DNA of 64,000 nucleotides, from positions 20,066 to 84,065 of the forward strand of contig QCFE01000005.1 of the NCBI GenBank assembly GCA_003278425.1, in the 5' to 3' direction. This stretch comes from Prochlorococcus sp. AG-363-B11. Lineage in GTDB: Bacteria > Cyanobacteriota > Cyanobacteriia > PCC-6307 > Cyanobiaceae. The position numbers and the translations under genes are program-made. This document shows positions 30,957 through 41,538 of the stretch, piece by piece. The notes below the pieces were generated by a model. It did no database searches. It had not been told where the DNA came from and worked only from the letters and a program-made list of their open reading frames with translations. Numbering within the stretch: the first letter of the stretch is position 1; every line of letters begins with the position of its first letter.

Positions 30957-31047
30957 TTATTAATATTAAGTAGAGTACACCTATTAGGATTGAGAAGATA
31001 CCTGTAGTAATGGCTACGATTCTTCCTCGTTTATTATCATTGACCAT
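30871..31047 (-). CDS. Small single-TM protein, 58 aa, not in the ORF track
   Basis: Hand-translated MVNDNKRGRIVAITTGIFSILIGVLYLILITILDARGPMLPPPPEAFGLAPTFYFLYL*. Starts 6 nt after the decarboxylase stop. The YL.L...LD.RG.M.P.P pattern is one I recall from a cyanobacterial small-protein family. Confidence 0.8.
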   Translation of the reverse strand: MVNDNKRGRIVAITTGIFSILIGVLYLILITILDARGPMLPPPPEAFGLAPTFYFLYL

Positions 31048-31053
31048 GAGTAG

Positions 31054-32421
31054 TTAAATAGATTGATTGAGGATATCCGACAACTCTTCAATGTGCGAGA
31101 TTTTTGTATGTGGGTTGCCCATTACTGCTTTTAAATAATGTCGCCTATGATATTTTGGTCTTGAAAGCATAAAATTACTTTCTAATAATCGAGCCTTTGT
31201 ACTAAGTGACCAGTGATCAGCTTCAACATTAGTTGCATAACGTGGGGTAACAGCTATTAAATGTAATGGACCAGTAATTAGCTTAAGTTTTCTACAATCA
31301 AGTTTTTCAAAAAGAGACTGTTTACGTGAAAGAGATTCTTCAAGTAGCAATTGGATTCCTTTTTGCCCAAGTTGTTTTAAACCAATCCATAATTTTATTA
31401 TCTCTGCTGGTCTTGATCCTTGCAATCCAATTTCACCACCTTGAAATTGAAACTCTGAAGATGGTTCTATATAAGGGAACCCAGTTGAAAAACATTTAAA
31501 AAGATCCTCTAAATGCGCAACAAGTAATAAAGAAGAGGTTTTTGTGATCCCAAGGAGTTTCTGTGGATTTACAGTGACCGAATTAGCTTTAGAAAGATCA
31601 GCTACAAGATTTTTTGTTGAAGTTGACAAGGCAAAGACTCCCCCAATAGCTGCATCAACATGTAGCCATAAATTTTCAACTTTACAAAATTCTGAAATTT
31701 CAGCTAAAGGGTCTATTGCACCTCTCACTGTTGTTCCTGCTGTTGCAACAACAGCAAAACATTTTTTGCCATGCGATTTTATTTTTGCAAACTGTTCCTT
31801 GAGAGATCGCATATCAATCCTCCCATCATCATCAGTCAAGATCTCACGTACAGCTTCTGGAGGAAGTCCCATAACAGAAATTGCTCTAGTAATAGAGACA
31901 TGAGCTTCCTCACTTACTAAAACAACTGCATCTGAATCATAAAGCAATTGACTATTGGATCTTGCAACTAACAAAGCCATTAAATTAGCTAAGCTGCCAC
32001 CACTTGTAGACACTCCTCCTGATGTACTAGGCATACCAAGTTTCCCCGCAATCCATTTACAAAGACTACGTTCTAATTTTGTGATACTTGGCGAAAGCTC
32101 TTCAGCTAATAAATTGTTATTTAGGCCTGCACATATTAACTCACCTATAATTGAACCAGTAAGGGGAGGGGGATCTAAATGAGCAAGGGCTCCTGGATGA
32201 GAAGAGTGATAGGAACCTGACATCAACTGTTGAAGGTCCTCCAATAATTGTTCGGGAGGTAATCCATCTAAACAAGGCTCAACCTCGGGCAAATCAAAAA
32301 GCAAAGGCAATGGTCCTTTTTGATTAGTCGACGATATCCAATTACAAAGACTGCTACAAGCATCTTCTAGAAAAGATTTAAATTTAGGATCAGGGTGATC
32401 TGGAGATGCAAAAAAGTCCAA
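31054..32421 (-). CDS. Group II PLP-dependent decarboxylase
   Basis: HPGALAHLDPP, SGGSLAN, ATAGTT, WLHVDAA, NPQK. Confidence 0.92.
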   Translation of the reverse strand: MDFFASPDHPDPKFKSFLEDACSSLCNWISSTNQKGPLPLLFDLPEVEPCLDGLPPEQLLEDLQQLMSGSYHSSHPGALAHLDPPPLTGSIIGELICAGLNNNLLAEELSPSITKLERSLCKWIAGKLGMPSTSGGVSTSGGSLANLMALLVARSNSQLLYDSDAVVLVSEEAHVSITRAISVMGLPPEAVREILTDDDGRIDMRSLKEQFAKIKSHGKKCFAVVATAGTTVRGAIDPLAEISEFCKVENLWLHVDAAIGGVFALSTSTKNLVADLSKANSVTVNPQKLLGITKTSSLLLVAHLEDLFKCFSTGFPYIEPSSEFQFQGGEIGLQGSRPAEIIKLWIGLKQLGQKGIQLLLEESLSRKQSLFEKLDCRKLKLITGPLHLIAVTPRYATNVEADHWSLSTKARLLESNFMLSRPKYHRRHYLKAVMGNPHTKISHIEELSDILNQSI

Positions 32422-32510
32422 TGGGATTTCCTATCAAGTACTTATGCCAAAAAGAATTGTTGAAAAATTAAATTCAGTATGTTTGGTTCTAAAAGTTTTT
32501 TTCTATTACA

Positions 32511-32996
32511 ATGCAATTTCCTAAACCAATAAAACTTAACGATACAGAAACACGTCGATGGATGTTCATTCTTCTTAAAAGAGCAAGAAATGCTGGAGAT
32601 AGTGGGGAGATACCCGTTTCAGCAGTAATACTAAACGAAAAAGGGCATTGTATTGGTCATGGTAGAAATACAAGGAATAGAGATTGCAATCCATTAGGGC
32701 ACGCTGAACTTATTGCTCTTCGTCAAGCTGCATGGATAAAAGGAGATTGGAGGTTTAATGAATGCACCTTGATAGTTACTCTTGAACCATGTCAAATGTG
32801 TGCTGGTGCACTCATTCAAGCAAGAATGGGAAAAGTTATTTATGGAGCAGAGGATAAAAAGAGAGGTGGAATGGGTGGATCAATTGATTTAGCATCACAT
32901 AAAAGTGCGCACCATAAAATGACAGTAGAAGGAGGAGTCATGAGAGATAAAGCAAAATATCAGCTTGAAGAATGGTTCAAAAAAACAAGATTATAG
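32511..32996 (+). CDS. tadA: tRNA adenosine deaminase
   Basis: EIPVSAV, HAE, TLEPCQMCAGA. Confidence 0.9.
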   Translation: MQFPKPIKLNDTETRRWMFILLKRARNAGDSGEIPVSAVILNEKGHCIGHGRNTRNRDCNPLGHAELIALRQAAWIKGDWRFNECTLIVTLEPCQMCAGALIQARMGKVIYGAEDKKRGGMGGSIDLASHKSAHHKMTVEGGVMRDKAKYQLEEWFKKTRL

Positions 32997-33003
32997 ATAA
33001 AAC

Positions 33004-34167
33004 TTATTCTTTAAATTTAGGCAACTCTGAGTCAAAAAGATTTAAAACCTTCTCTACATTTTTCTTTTGAGAGTTATATCCCATTAGACCTATTCTCCAA
33101 ACTTGTCCAGCTAGTTCCCCTAGTCCGCCTCCTATTTCAACGCCAAACTTGTTAAGTAAATGCAAAGCAAAGGCCTTTCCATCAATTCCTTTAGGAATCT
33201 TTACTGTAGAAAGAGTTGGGAGTCTAAGTTCTTCTTTTACATGAAGCTCTAAACCCATTACTTCTAACCCCTGCCATAAATCTTCTGCATTTTTTCTATG
33301 TCTGTCCCATGAATTCTCCAAACCTTCTTCAACAATTAATCTAAGAGCTTCTCTAATCCCAAAGTTCATATTTACCGGTGCAGTGTGATGATATACCCGA
33401 TCACTACCCCAATATTGATTTAATAATGAAAGGTCTAAATACCAATTTGGGACTTTACCTTTTCTATTATTAAGCTTCTCTTCAGCCCTTTGATTCATTG
33501 TAAAAGGACCAAGACCTGGAGGACAACTGAGACCTTTCTGACTACAACTATAAGCTAGGTCTACTTTCCATTCATCTAAGAATAAAGGGACACTCCCCAG
33601 TGAAGTAACAGTATCTAGAATTAGCAAGCAGTCATATCTACGACACAAATCACCAATATCTTTCATTGGCTGACAAACACCTGTAGAGGTTTCAGCATGA
33701 ACAAGTGCAAAAACTGAAGGCTTATATTTGATTAAAGCAGCTTCAATATCATCAACAGAAAAAGCTTCTCCCCAAGGTTTAACGATTGTTTTAACATCTG
33801 CTTGATATCGAGAGGCCATATCAGCTAAACGGTTACCAAAATATCCTTTTATTCCAACAAGGAAAGTCTCTCCGGGCTGAATGATATTTGCAATAGTTGC
33901 TTCCATTGCAGCACTACCAGTACCACTCATTGGAAGAGTAAGACGATTAGATGTCTGCCAAACATGCCGTAACAAGTCCTGAACCTCAGCCATTAAATCG
34001 ATATAAAAAGGATCTAAGTGCCCAACTGGTTGAGAAGACAATGCTTCTAGGACCAAAGGGTGAGAGTTGGAAGGCCCAGGTCCTAGCAAAAGTCTCTCTG
34101 GCACTGAGAGAGGGGCTACTGATATGCCAGAAGTTTTTAACATTGCAGAGTTAGCGATTGGTGCCAA
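33004..34167 (-). CDS. spt: Serine-pyruvate / alanine-glyoxylate aminotransferase
   Basis: LLGPGPS, SGTGSAAME, HAETSTG, SQKGLSCPPG, YHHT. Confidence 0.92.
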   Translation of the reverse strand: MAPIANSAMLKTSGISVAPLSVPERLLLGPGPSNSHPLVLEALSSQPVGHLDPFYIDLMAEVQDLLRHVWQTSNRLTLPMSGTGSAAMEATIANIIQPGETFLVGIKGYFGNRLADMASRYQADVKTIVKPWGEAFSVDDIEAALIKYKPSVFALVHAETSTGVCQPMKDIGDLCRRYDCLLILDTVTSLGSVPLFLDEWKVDLAYSCSQKGLSCPPGLGPFTMNQRAEEKLNNRKGKVPNWYLDLSLLNQYWGSDRVYHHTAPVNMNFGIREALRLIVEEGLENSWDRHRKNAEDLWQGLEVMGLELHVKEELRLPTLSTVKIPKGIDGKAFALHLLNKFGVEIGGGLGELAGQVWRIGLMGYNSQKKNVEKVLNLFDSELPKFKE

Positions 34168-34335
34168 GACCCAATAAAAATAATTACTTATCTATGAGCC
34201 TAAACACCTAAAGGTATTCTCGTTAAATTAATTTTAGGTATTGCAATGCTGAGAGCCAATAAGAAGAAGTTTTTTCGGCATAAAAAAAGAAAGGCGCTAT
34301 CAAAACAACTGATATTGTAAGCAGTGTTTAAAAAA

Positions 34336-34377
34336 GTACTCATTGATACACAACTTCATCCCTATCGTAATTAATTT
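34336..34377 (+). promoter_or_regulatory. NtcA-activated promoter of glnA
   Basis: GTA-CTCATTGA-TAC (34336-34349), then exactly 22 nt, then TAATTT (34372-34377). Matches canonical GTA-N8-TAC-N22-TAN3T. Confidence 0.9.
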
Positions 34378-34403
34378 TGTTTATATATTTCTATAAATGG
34401 TCC

Positions 34404-35825
34404 ATGGGAAAATCAGCACAAGACGTATTAAGGCAGATCAAAGACGAAGGAATCGAACTAATTGATCTGAAATTCACTGACATACATGGAAAATGGCAGC
34501 ATTTAACTGTCACTTCTGACATGATTGACGAAAGTTCATTCAAGGATGGATTAGCTTTTGACGGATCATCAATCAGAGGTTGGAAAGCAATAAACGAATC
34601 AGATATGTCAATGGTTCCTGATGCAAACACATCATGGATAGATCCCTTTTACCGTCATAAGACGCTAAGTATGATTTGCTCAATTCAAGAGCCAAGAAGT
34701 GGGGAACCCTATTCAAGATGCCCTAGAGCATTGGCCCAAAAAGCATTGTCTTATCTTTCTACCACTGGACTTGCAGATGCTGCCTTCTTTGGACCAGAGC
34801 CTGAGTTTTTTATATTTGATGACGTAAGATATGATTCAAAAGAAGGTACTTCTTTTTATAGCGTTGATACTATTGAAGCACCTTGGAATACCGCAAGAGT
34901 TGAAGAAGGAGGAAACCTAGCTTACAAGATCCAATATAAAGAAGGCTATTTCCCAGTTTCACCAAATGATACAGCTCAGGACATGCGTTCTGAAATGCTT
35001 TTACTTATGGGAGAACTTGGAATCCCAATAGAAAAACATCATCATGAGGTTGCTGGCCCAGGCCAGCATGAATTGGGAATGAAATTTGCTTCTCTTATTG
35101 AAGCAGCAGATAATGTTATGACTTACAAATATGTAGTTAGGAATATTGCCAAAAAATATGGCAAAACTGCGACCTTCATGCCCAAACCTGTTTGGAATGA
35201 TAATGGTACAGGTATGCATGTCCACCAAAGCCTTTGGCAAGGAGGACAACCGCTGTTCTTTGGTGAAGGCACCTATGCAAACCTCTCACAGACAGCTAGA
35301 TGGTACATAGGCGGTATTCTCAAACATGCTCCATCATTTTTAGCTTTCACAAATCCAGGTACTAATAGTTACAAGCGTCTTGTTCCAGGATTCGAGGCTC
35401 CAGTTAATCTCGTTTATTCTCAAGGCAATCGATCTGCAGCAATTAGGATACCCCTTACAGGACCTAGTCCTAAAGCAAAAAGGCTTGAATTCAGACCTGG
35501 GGATGCTTTAGCAAATCCGTATTTAGCTTTTAGCGCAATGCTAATGGCAGGAATAGATGGAATAAAAAATCAAATCGATCCAGGTGATGGTGAAGATAGA
35601 GATTTATTTGAACTTCCTTCAGATGAACTGTCAAAAATAGCAACTGTACCATCATCCTTAAACGATGCTTTAGATGCATTAAAAGCTGATAATGGTTATT
35701 TAACTGAAGGAGGAGTATTTGACGAAGATTTTATTGACAATTTCATTGAAATGAAATATGAGGAAGTTCAGCAATTAAGGCAAAGACCTCATCCTCATGA
35801 GTTTTTCATGTATTACGACGCATAA
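34404..35825 (+). CDS. glnA: Glutamine synthetase type I (start ATG 34404)
   Basis: [40 protein letters not shown]. Confidence 0.98.
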   Translation: MGKSAQDVLRQIKDEGIELIDLKFTDIHGKWQHLTVTSDMIDESSFKDGLAFDGSSIRGWKAINESDMSMVPDANTSWIDPFYRHKTLSMICSIQEPRSGEPYSRCPRALAQKALSYLSTTGLADAAFFGPEPEFFIFDDVRYDSKEGTSFYSVDTIEAPWNTARVEEGGNLAYKIQYKEGYFPVSPNDTAQDMRSEMLLLMGELGIPIEKHHHEVAGPGQHELGMKFASLIEAADNVMTYKYVVRNIAKKYGKTATFMPKPVWNDNGTGMHVHQSLWQGGQPLFFGEGTYANLSQTARWYIGGILKHAPSFLAFTNPGTNSYKRLVPGFEAPVNLVYSQGNRSAAIRIPLTGPSPKAKRLEFRPGDALANPYLAFSAMLMAGIDGIKNQIDPGDGEDRDLFELPSDELSKIATVPSSLNDALDALKADNGYLTEGGVFDEDFIDNFIEMKYEEVQQLRQRPHPHEFFMYYDA

Positions 35826-35849
35826 AACAAGCCATAGAATCACCTGATC

Positions 35850-35909
35850 AAATAAATGTTATAAAAGAATTTAGGCTTTAAAGGCTTTATTCTTTTATAA
35901 TATTTATTT
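35850..35909 (+). terminator. Long AT-rich hairpin downstream of glnA
   Basis: 21-nt arms AAATAAATGTTATAAAAGAAT / ATTCTTTTATAATATTTATTT with one G-U pair on +. Confidence 0.6.
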
Positions 35910-36216
35910 TTAAAAATATAGATCCTTATAAATATAAGAATCTATAAAAGATACTTAGCCTTTATAATTTATAAATAATCAAAACCGATAAACTAATCTT
36001 ATTAAAAGATTTTAAAAGAAATAACAGGAATTAAAGCTGAAATATTTACCAATAAGTTTTTTATTAATATAAAATTCTTAGCAACACTCGAATTTTTAAT
36101 AAAAAGTTTTCATTTTATGCTTTAGACCAACTTTAATTCTCTTAGCAACAGAAAACCAACATAAACTCACGAAAAGGGAGAAAATCTGCTGAAATAGACT
36201 GATCTATAAAAGGTTT

Positions 36217-37278
36217 ATGGCTGAGCCAAGCCTCGCAAAAATTGCATATCAAACATTACAGCAAGGAAAAGGTCTTGTTGGAATAGCTCACAAAGAGATC
36301 AGTACAAAGCTTATGGAAATACTTGCACCAGAAGCAATTCCTGATACATCTCCAATAACAACAGACCTACTTTTAGATCTAAGGAGGTCAATAAAGGATC
36401 TTGAAGAGATTGATTGGTTAGATGCTGAAAGAGGTTTATACCCAAAAAACCTTCTTTTTGAAGCCCCTTGGATTGACTGGTTTATTAAGTACCCATTAGT
36501 TTGGCTAGACATGCCATCTACTTGGAAAAGAAGAAAAAACAAGAAATTTCAAGACATTCCTCATTCAATTAACAAAGAGAAGTATCCAGAATACTATTTG
36601 CAAAATTTCCATCATCAAACTGACGGATACCTAAGCGATCATTCAGCCTCAATATATGATATTCAAGTAGAGATTCTGTTTAATGGAACTGCTGATGCTA
36701 TGCGAAGGAGAGTGATCTCACCTTTAAAAACTTTAATCAGTAAAAATTACTCAGATTTAAATGATTCAGAGTTAAAAATATTTGATGTTGCTACTGGTAC
36801 AGGAAGAACTCTTCAACAAATAAGATCTGCTTTCCCAAAGTCTGAACTTACTGGACTTGATTTGTCCGCTTCATATTTAAAACAGGCAAGTAAATATTTG
36901 AACAACAGTGACAATGAATTAGTTCAATTTATAAAGGGAAATGCTGAAAAAGTTCCTCTCTTAGATTCTTCTTTTCATGCAATTACTTGCGTTTTCCTCT
37001 TTCATGAACTACCAGGAGAAGCCAGAGAAAATGTTATCCGCGAGTGTTATAGGCTGTTAAAACCAAATGGTGTATTAATTCTTGCTGATTCTATTCAAGT
37101 CAAAGACACGCCAAAATTCTCCCAAGTTTTAGAAAATTTTCACAGAATATTTCATGAGCCATATTATAAAAATTACTTAAAAGATAATATTGATGTAAGA
37201 CTATTAAACAATGGGTTTGAATCAATAAGTAGTAGTTCATTTTTCATGACTAAGGTCTGGTCAGCTATTAAGAGCTGA
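36217..37278 (+). CDS. Class I SAM-dependent methyltransferase
   Basis: YYLQNFHHQTDGYLS, DVATGTG, FLFHELP. Confidence 0.9.
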   Translation: MAEPSLAKIAYQTLQQGKGLVGIAHKEISTKLMEILAPEAIPDTSPITTDLLLDLRRSIKDLEEIDWLDAERGLYPKNLLFEAPWIDWFIKYPLVWLDMPSTWKRRKNKKFQDIPHSINKEKYPEYYLQNFHHQTDGYLSDHSASIYDIQVEILFNGTADAMRRRVISPLKTLISKNYSDLNDSELKIFDVATGTGRTLQQIRSAFPKSELTGLDLSASYLKQASKYLNNSDNELVQFIKGNAEKVPLLDSSFHAITCVFLFHELPGEARENVIRECYRLLKPNGVLILADSIQVKDTPKFSQVLENFHRIFHEPYYKNYLKDNIDVRLLNNGFESISSSSFFMTKVWSAIKS

Positions 37279-37381
37279 TAATCTATTAACACTATTTAGA
37301 CTCTTATTATTATTAAAACTTTTTATCAATCTAATCACATATTTTTAGCAAATTATACAAAACAGAGCATAACAATTAGAT

Positions 37382-39358
37382 TTATTTTCTTAATTCATCC
37401 AAAACATTTCTATCTTCCAAGGTACTGGTATCTCCTTTAACATCTTCTCCTGAAGCAAGAGATCTCAATAATCTACGCATAATTTTCCCACTTCTTGTCT
37501 TAGGCAAAGCATTTGTAAAACGGATCTCATCAGGTCTAGCTATTGCACCAATTTCTTGAGAGACGTGTTTTTTCAATATATCTACAAGTCCATCAGTGTT
37601 ATTTTTACCGATTTCTAAGCTAACAAATGCTACAACTGACTCGCCCTTCAAATCATCTGGTCTACCTACAACTGCAGCCTCGGCAACTGAATCATGACTT
37701 ACTAAAGCAGACTCTATTTCCATAGTCCCAAGGCGATGTCCTGAGACATTAATTACATCATCAACTCTGCCCATTATCCAAAAGTATCCATCACGGTCAC
37801 GCCGTGCACCATCACCGGCAAAATAAACAAGCTCCCCATTAATAGGCTTTAAAAATTCCCAATAACTATCACGAAAACGTTGTGAATCTCCATGCACTGT
37901 CCTCATCATACCGGGCCAGGGCCTTTTAATAATTAGATAGCCACCCTTGTTCTCTCCAACAGTAACACCGTCAGCCGTAACCACATCAGTTTCAATTCCT
38001 GGCAAAGGCAAAGTAGCTGATCCAGGCTTAGTAGCAATGGCACCTGGTAAAGGACTAATCATTACACCACCAGTTTCTGTCTGCCACCATGTATCAACAA
38101 TGGGGCAGTTGTTTGCTCCAATGACTTCTCTATACCACATCCAAGCCTCAGGGTTTATTGGCTCACCAACCGTGCCCAGCAATCTTAAACTACTTAAATC
38201 ATACTTCTCAGGGATTGCCCTTCCTGATTTCATGAAGGCTCTTATTGCTGTTGGTGCAGTATAGAAAATGTTTATTTTGTGCCTTTGAATTACATCCCAA
38301 AATGCACCAGGGTTAGACGGGCGAGGTACGCCTTCGTACATAACTGTTGTAGTGCCATTAGACAAAGGTCCATAAACTATATAACTATGGCCCGTTATCC
38401 AACCAACATCGGCTGTACACCAATAGACATCGTCTTCCTTAACATCGAATATCCATTTAAAAGTCAAGTGGGCCCATAAATTGTAACCAGATGTTGTATG
38501 CACAACACCCTTCGGTTTACCAGTTGAACCAGAAGTGTAAAGAACAAAAAGACGATCCTCACTGTCCATTTGCTCTGGAGAGCATTCAACAGACTGATTA
38601 GGTACTATTTCATGCCACCAATGATCTCTATTAGGGATAAAAGTTATATCCTCACAAGTACGTCTAACTACTAAGACCGAACTTACGCTAGGGCAACTAT
38701 CATTTTCAAGGGCAGAGTCAACAGCATTCTTAAGAGAAACAATCTTATCTTTTCTAAAGCCTCCGTCTGCAGTAATAACAAGCTTAGCTTCCCCATCATT
38801 TAATCTATCTCGTAGGGCCTCCGACGAAAATCCTCCAAAAACGACAGAATGAGGGGCTCCAATACGTGCACAAGCCAGCATTGCCATCGCGGCTTCGGGA
38901 ACCATAGGCATATAAAGAGCTACTAAATCACCCCTTCGGATACCAAGTTCTTTCAATGCATTAGCTACACGACATACCTCTTCATAGAGTTCTTTATAAG
39001 TTATTTTCCTAACTTCCCCAGGCTCTCCCTCCCAGACAATAGCTACTTTATCACCAAGCCCATTCTTAATATGGCGATCTAAGCAGTTGTAAGACACATT
39101 TGTTTTTCCACCATCAAACCATTTAGCAAATGGTGGATTTGACCAATCTAAAACGGTTTGAAACGGTTTAAACCAATGTAGTTCTTTTAATGCTGCTTCT
39201 CCCCAAAATTTTTCCGGATCTGCTTTGGCAGCTTCAACCATCTTTTGGTACTGATCAAAACTTTTAATATTTGAGTTTTCAACTACTGATGAAGAAGGTG
39301 GGAAAACTCTTTCTTCATTCAAAACTGTCTCAATCTGCGATGATGGGTTAGGACACAT
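37382..39358 (-). CDS. acs: Acetyl-CoA synthetase
   Basis: [33 protein letters not shown]. Confidence 0.97.
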   Translation of the reverse strand: MCPNPSSQIETVLNEERVFPPSSSVVENSNIKSFDQYQKMVEAAKADPEKFWGEAALKELHWFKPFQTVLDWSNPPFAKWFDGGKTNVSYNCLDRHIKNGLGDKVAIVWEGEPGEVRKITYKELYEEVCRVANALKELGIRRGDLVALYMPMVPEAAMAMLACARIGAPHSVVFGGFSSEALRDRLNDGEAKLVITADGGFRKDKIVSLKNAVDSALENDSCPSVSSVLVVRRTCEDITFIPNRDHWWHEIVPNQSVECSPEQMDSEDRLFVLYTSGSTGKPKGVVHTTSGYNLWAHLTFKWIFDVKEDDVYWCTADVGWITGHSYIVYGPLSNGTTTVMYEGVPRPSNPGAFWDVIQRHKINIFYTAPTAIRAFMKSGRAIPEKYDLSSLRLLGTVGEPINPEAWMWYREVIGANNCPIVDTWWQTETGGVMISPLPGAIATKPGSATLPLPGIETDVVTADGVTVGENKGGYLIIKRPWPGMMRTVHGDSQRFRDSYWEFLKPINGELVYFAGDGARRDRDGYFWIMGRVDDVINVSGHRLGTMEIESALVSHDSVAEAAVVGRPDDLKGESVVAFVSLEIGKNNTDGLVDILKKHVSQEIGAIARPDEIRFTNALPKTRSGKIMRRLLRSLASGEDVKGDTSTLEDRNVLDELRK

Positions 39359-39734
39359 AAAACCTATTTCTATTACTTTTATTCAAGCTAGTTATGAAAA
39401 AATAAAAAGGGTAGTGACATGCTTTTTTAAAAGAAAAGCATCATTTCATATACAAATAACAAATCCAACGAACTTTGAACTCTCTTCAGGCATATATCCC
39501 AATTCTCAGATCGAGAATAATAGGTTTCCCTTTAAAAGCACTTAACAAGCCAGAGAAACTCTCTGAAAAACCTTGCTTAGGAAAAAGCTTAAATAGTAAA
39601 GACAATCTGTAATAAGCCAGGAAGCTATAAAAGTATTGGATGACCTTTTGATAATAGCTTGTTAGAAATTAACAAACCCTAAGCCAGGAAATCATTGACC
39701 TGGCATTGCCTAAAAAGGTAGTAAAGCGAATTAT

Positions 39735-40706
39735 TTAGTAAAGCCTACCCAGAACATATTCTGGAAGAGCCATAAGAGAATTTTTTGAAGGAGATTCAGG
39801 CAACCATTTAATAGATTCATATGAACTCTGAGCAAAGTCTTCAGCTAATTTTCTAGCGCGCATAATTGCATTAGAATTACGAACTAAATTTAAAGCTTTT
39901 TCGAGATCTCCCTCAAGCGAAAATTCTCTTTTTATCAATTCAGAAAGGGATGAGTCCTCTTCAAGAGCATATAGAGCTGGTGCTGTTAAATACCCACTTG
40001 CCAAATCATTTGCAGCAGGCTTACCCAGTTGCTTGTCATTTCCAGTAAAATCCAATACATCATCTACAACCTGGAAAGCGAGACCAAGTTGTTTCCCAAA
40101 ATTATACAAACACTTTAATTGGCTACCAGACAAATCACTTAATACTCCAACAGCTTGTGCACTGTTTGCAATTAAAGAAGCTGTTTTACAATAACTTTTT
40201 TCTAAATAAGTTTCAAAAGTTTGTTTTGAGTCATATTTACATAGACCTTGTTTTACTTCACCCTCTGCAAGATCCATTATCACTCTACTGAGAAGTTTTA
40301 CTACATCTAAATTATTTAAATTTGCTAGATGCCAACTTGCCTGGGCAAAAAGAAAATCTCCAGCAAGAACAGCAACTTTATGATCAAAACGACTGTGAAC
40401 TGTTTGGACTCCTCGACGAGTCGATGCTTCATCAACAACATCATCATGAACAAGGGAAGCTGTGTGAATCATTTCTGTTATTTCAGCTAGTCTTCGGTGC
40501 CGAGAAGAAATCTCTGCGTTGGTTGACAGTGCTTTTGATAAAAGTAGAACGATTCCTGGTCTTATACGTTTACCACCTGCACTAAAAAGATGTTCAGCTG
40601 CTGCCTGCAAAATAGGGTGCCCAGCTCCTATAAGGACACGAAGATCCTTGAGCAGATATTCTAAATCTGAATCAACCGGTTGTAGCAAGTCAGTTACTCT
40701 ATCCAT
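39735..40706 (-). CDS. sds: Solanesyl diphosphate synthase (start ATG 40706)
   Basis: GGKRIRP, LVHDDVVD, KTASL, FQVVDDVLD. Confidence 0.93.
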   Translation of the reverse strand: MDRVTDLLQPVDSDLEYLLKDLRVLIGAGHPILQAAAEHLFSAGGKRIRPGIVLLLSKALSTNAEISSRHRRLAEITEMIHTASLVHDDVVDEASTRRGVQTVHSRFDHKVAVLAGDFLFAQASWHLANLNNLDVVKLLSRVIMDLAEGEVKQGLCKYDSKQTFETYLEKSYCKTASLIANSAQAVGVLSDLSGSQLKCLYNFGKQLGLAFQVVDDVLDFTGNDKQLGKPAANDLASGYLTAPALYALEEDSSLSELIKREFSLEGDLEKALNLVRNSNAIMRARKLAEDFAQSSYESIKWLPESPSKNSLMALPEYVLGRLY

Positions 40707-40728
40707 AGGAAACCTTGCTTTAATGATA

Positions 40729-41538
40729 TTAGGAGACACAGGACGGTGATCGCAGTGAAATAACTTCAACCTCAGGTTTAATTCCTAATAAACTTTTAAT
40801 TTTAGAAGAGAAAGCATCGGGATCAGAAGTAACACAAAACTGAATATCGGCGCCCTTCTTTAAGTGATCTGAAGGCATATCCGAATACTTAAAGAAGTCA
40901 TCCAATTTCTTAGCCAAGGCAATTGACGGGTCAAGTAAACGAATATGCGAAGGTAATAATTTATTAAGCATTGGTCTTAGAATTGGGTAATGGCTGCAAC
41001 CGAGAATAATTGCGTCAACATCAGCAGCCAGAAGTGGGTCAAGATATTGGGAGATTTTTTCTAAACATTTGGTTGAACTTATTTCAGATTCCTCAATCAT
41101 AGGAACTAATTCTGGACAACCTTCTTCTAAAACATAAACAGTGGGGAAACTGCTTTTAATCACCTTTGTGTACGCCTTCGAAAAGGCAGTAGAAGAAGTA
41201 GCCAAAATGCCCAATCTTGAGTCTGATTGCTTGATCAAATCTGAGATTGAACTAATTAGATCAAAAACAGGTACCTTGGAATTCTTCCTAATCACATCAA
41301 GTGCAAGAGAGTTAGTAGTATTACAAGCCACAATAATGGCATCAATTTTTTGTAAATTTAACCATTGAACAATTTCAAATGCTATTTCTCGGATTTCAGA
41401 TTGAGGTCTTGATCCATAAGGGACTCGAGCTGTATCAGCTAAATATATTGCATTGAAACCTAAATTCCTTTCCTGAATACTTCTAAGTACAGTAGTACCA
41501 CCAATTCCACTATCAAAGAGTCCTAATCGGTACTTCAA
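40729..41538 (-). CDS. murI: Glutamate racemase
   Basis: FDSGIGG, PYG, ACNT, LGCSHYP. Confidence 0.96.
   Translation of the reverse strand: MKYRLGLFDSGIGGTTVLRSIQERNLGFNAIYLADTARVPYGSRPQSEIREIAFEIVQWLNLQKIDAIIVACNTTNSLALDVIRKNSKVPVFDLISSISDLIKQSDSRLGILATSSTAFSKAYTKVIKSSFPTVYVLEEGCPELVPMIEESEISSTKCLEKISQYLDPLLAADVDAIILGCSHYPILRPMLNKLLPSHIRLLDPSIALAKKLDDFFKYSDMPSDHLKKGADIQFCVTSDPDAFSSKIKSLLGIKPEVEVISLRSPSCVS

Noticed and set aside
35910-36216. Possible apcF remnant between glnA and the methyltransferase
   Set aside because: The synteny idea comes from memory of Synechococcus; I found no convincing phycobiliprotein-like translation in the frames I read.
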